Source: Ranitomeya imitator
Taxonomy: Eukaryota
Length of the DNA stretch: 64,000 bases
Assembly: GCF_032444005.1 (NCBI RefSeq)
Contig: NC_091289.1
Span: 34,472,001-34,536,000, forward strand
Direction of reading: 5' to 3'
Shown: positions 61,801-64,000 of the stretch, in pieces
Numbering within the stretch: position 1 is the first letter of the stretch
Layout of the letters: every line of letters starts with the position of its first letter
Notes under the pieces: generated by a model
What the model was told of the DNA's origin: nothing
Database searches by the model: none
The model's input: the letters and a program-made list of their open reading frames with translations, nothing else
Made by a program: the position numbers and the translations under genes

Positions 61801-62779
61801 TTATACAGATTTTTAAGGTCGCCTCTAATTCATCACTTTTTCTTTCGCCATTACTTTATTTTCCTACACTAAGTTCTTTTATAGTCAGAACTTGTCAGCG
61901 TTCCCTGTTTGAGGCGAGGTACACGTGTCTGTTATAGTGCAGATTAGCAGGTGGCCCTCTGCAAAGGCCTGATCATAAGGAATTGTCTTTAGCCTCCTGT
62001 CTTGTCCCCCTCCTAAATTCCCCCATGCAAGCCATCCCCCAACACATCCTTTTCTTCTTTATTGCATCTTACAACACTGATAAGATACTGATCTCTTATA
62101 GAAGCTGGCGTTGTAGCAATTTTCTTCTGTGCTGTTCAGCAGTTGCCAGACATTGTTCACAGTGACCTTATAAACATTAAAATCTCCGGCAAAATCGGAA
62201 AAGAGTTAATGGGATAATACGTTACTCTGGGTCACAAAGAATAAGAACTATGGTGAGCAAGAAGTCGTCAGATCGAGACACAAAGTAACATCCATTTATT
62301 GTCGGCACCAGCGTTTATTTCTTTAAGGCAAAACGTTTTGTTTTTTTTCTTTTCTTCTCTAGAGATAGACAGTGAGATTTGTGTTAACGTTTATTGTGCT
62401 TGGTTGTCAAATGGCAATAAAACATATTTCCACCTAAATATATACACAAATTTTTACTAGTTCACATTTCATATTTTTCTGCTTACGCTTCACACTAAAT
62501 AAACTGTTGAATAAATTCTCCTAGTTTTACAGTCATGAAGATAGTTAAAGGTTTTGTCCACTACCAGGACAACCCGTTGATCAAAAAAGGTTTGGCCCCA
62601 ATAAAATAATAAAGCTTATACTGCCCTCCCGTGCCGGCGCCGTTGGCTTGGTCGGCGTTCCTTGTCCCGGAGCGCTCGTGCGGTGTTGTGACAGGTGACG
62701 CGCGCCCAATCAGCGAAATGCAGCATTTATGCCACAGTCTATAAGGCTTTATTCACATCACTTTTGTCCTCCATGTTTA

Positions 62780-62995
62780 TTATTATTATTATTATTATTA
62801 TTATTTATTATTATAGCGCCATTTATTCCATGGCGCTTTACATGTGAGGAGGGGTATACATAATAAAACAAGTACAATAATCTTGAAAAATACAAGTCAC
62901 AACTGGTACAGGAGGAGAGAGGACCCTGCCCGCGAGGGCTCACAATCTACAAGGGATGGGTGAGGATACAGTAGGTGAGGGTAGAGCTGGCCGTT
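62780..62995 (-). mobile_element. L2 3' end fragment
   Basis: Reverse complement of the L2 3' UTR (GAGAGGACCCTGCCCGCG; GCGCCATTTATTCCATGGCGCT) with (TAA)n. Confidence 0.8.
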
Positions 62996-63274
62996 TATGA
63001 TTTGTATTGCCAAACTATGGCCAAAGAATGTCCTTTTAGTCTCCGTCTGGATAATATACATCAGTATACTGCAAAAAAAAAAAATGTATGGAGTAGTGTA
63101 ATAGGCAACATGTTTTCATCACACAATAAACTGAAACAAAACATTTTTTTTCAATATTGCCATAATAACCTATGGGTCATTAAGGCCACTATATGGTGTT
63201 TGTTACTGATCTTTCCTAAATAAATGTATATGTCTATAAGCCACAGTGAGGTCACTACTCACACATATATGTAT

Positions 63275-63600
63275 TGTAGCATGGCTAAAGGGTGTGTAGT
63301 CGACGGGAGGTATGTGTCACATAGGTGGCGTGTCGCTGTTATGTAGCCCGGAGTGTTTTCTTTATTTCACATAACCATGTATATATGTGTTTCAGGACCT
63401 GTGGTGATGTCAGACCACATGTCTAATCATGTGATGGGATACTGGGTGTGGTTAGCTCTATATAAGACAGGCTAATGCTTTACACAGCAGATATGTGTGG
63501 AGGTGAAACCCTCCTGAGTGTGTTGAGGCTCCAGGACTGAGCCTGAAGGACTGGACGCTTGCTTTTCTTTCCTGAACGTGCCTTCTCAGTATCAGCCACG
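63275..63600 (+). mobile_element. LTR-like fragment
   Basis: Starts TGTAGC and contains a TATATAA box. No internal genes. Confidence 0.35.
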
Positions 63601-63635
63601 AGCAGGATGGTACCAATGATGTTAGCAATGTTGTG

Positions 63636-63685
<50 letters not shown>

Positions 63686-64000
63686 TTTCAGACTCTCTAT
63701 ATTTGTATTTTAATTTCTAAAAATGGTATTGAAAAAAAAAAAGTTGGAAGCAAAAAAAGGAGCACACATTAGTTCTGAAGAATATATGAGAGAGAGGAGG
63801 AACAAAGAACCAGAACGGATTTTTCTGAAGGGCGCACAGAGTTGCAGTGAGCAGGGCACTTCATTGTTATACTACTTTCTTATAGCTCTTATTGGCTGGA
63901 GCTGCCAGGAGAGGCTGCAGGGACAAGGAGCTGCTACTAACCAGCAGCTCCCCCTTTTCTGCCCGACCTCTGAGTGAGTCAGTCCTTTCCCACTCTCCCA

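Overview
Vertebrate genomic DNA; an anuran amphibian is inferred from the repeat landscape. The host gene is CACNA2D3 on the minus strand. Its coding exon 1 (36354-36472, signal peptide ...SEQQIPLS) and 82-bp exon 2 (35657-35738, VKLWASAFGGEIKSIAAKYSGSQLLQK) are absent from the ORF track. Bases 1-35656 are therefore intron 2, and everything above ~37.5 kb is upstream sequence. The rest is dense in transposable elements. (i) A triple nest: a Ty3/Gypsy chromovirus (4051-21271) is split in gag by an internally deleted Tc1/mariner (7881-19928), itself interrupted by an 11.2-kb hAT element (8591-19833) with an intact 1192-aa transposase and three internal tandem arrays. (ii) A Penelope-like element with inverted terminal repeats carrying minimal hammerhead motifs. 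(iii) An intact DD34E Tc1 with IR/DR ends. (iv) L2, CR1, V-SINE, a Helitron and many MITEs. The most interesting signal is a ~300-330-bp repeat family in three copies (~24.3, ~26.9, ~54.2 kb). It carries a type I hammerhead ribozyme fold with a GUC cleavage site and palindromic stem III, plus an octamer next to an SPH-like motif (an snRNA-type enhancer layout), in tandem-then-inverted arrangements. This looks like a newt satellite-2-like non-LTR retrozyme. No database searches were run; family assignments come from motif recognition.
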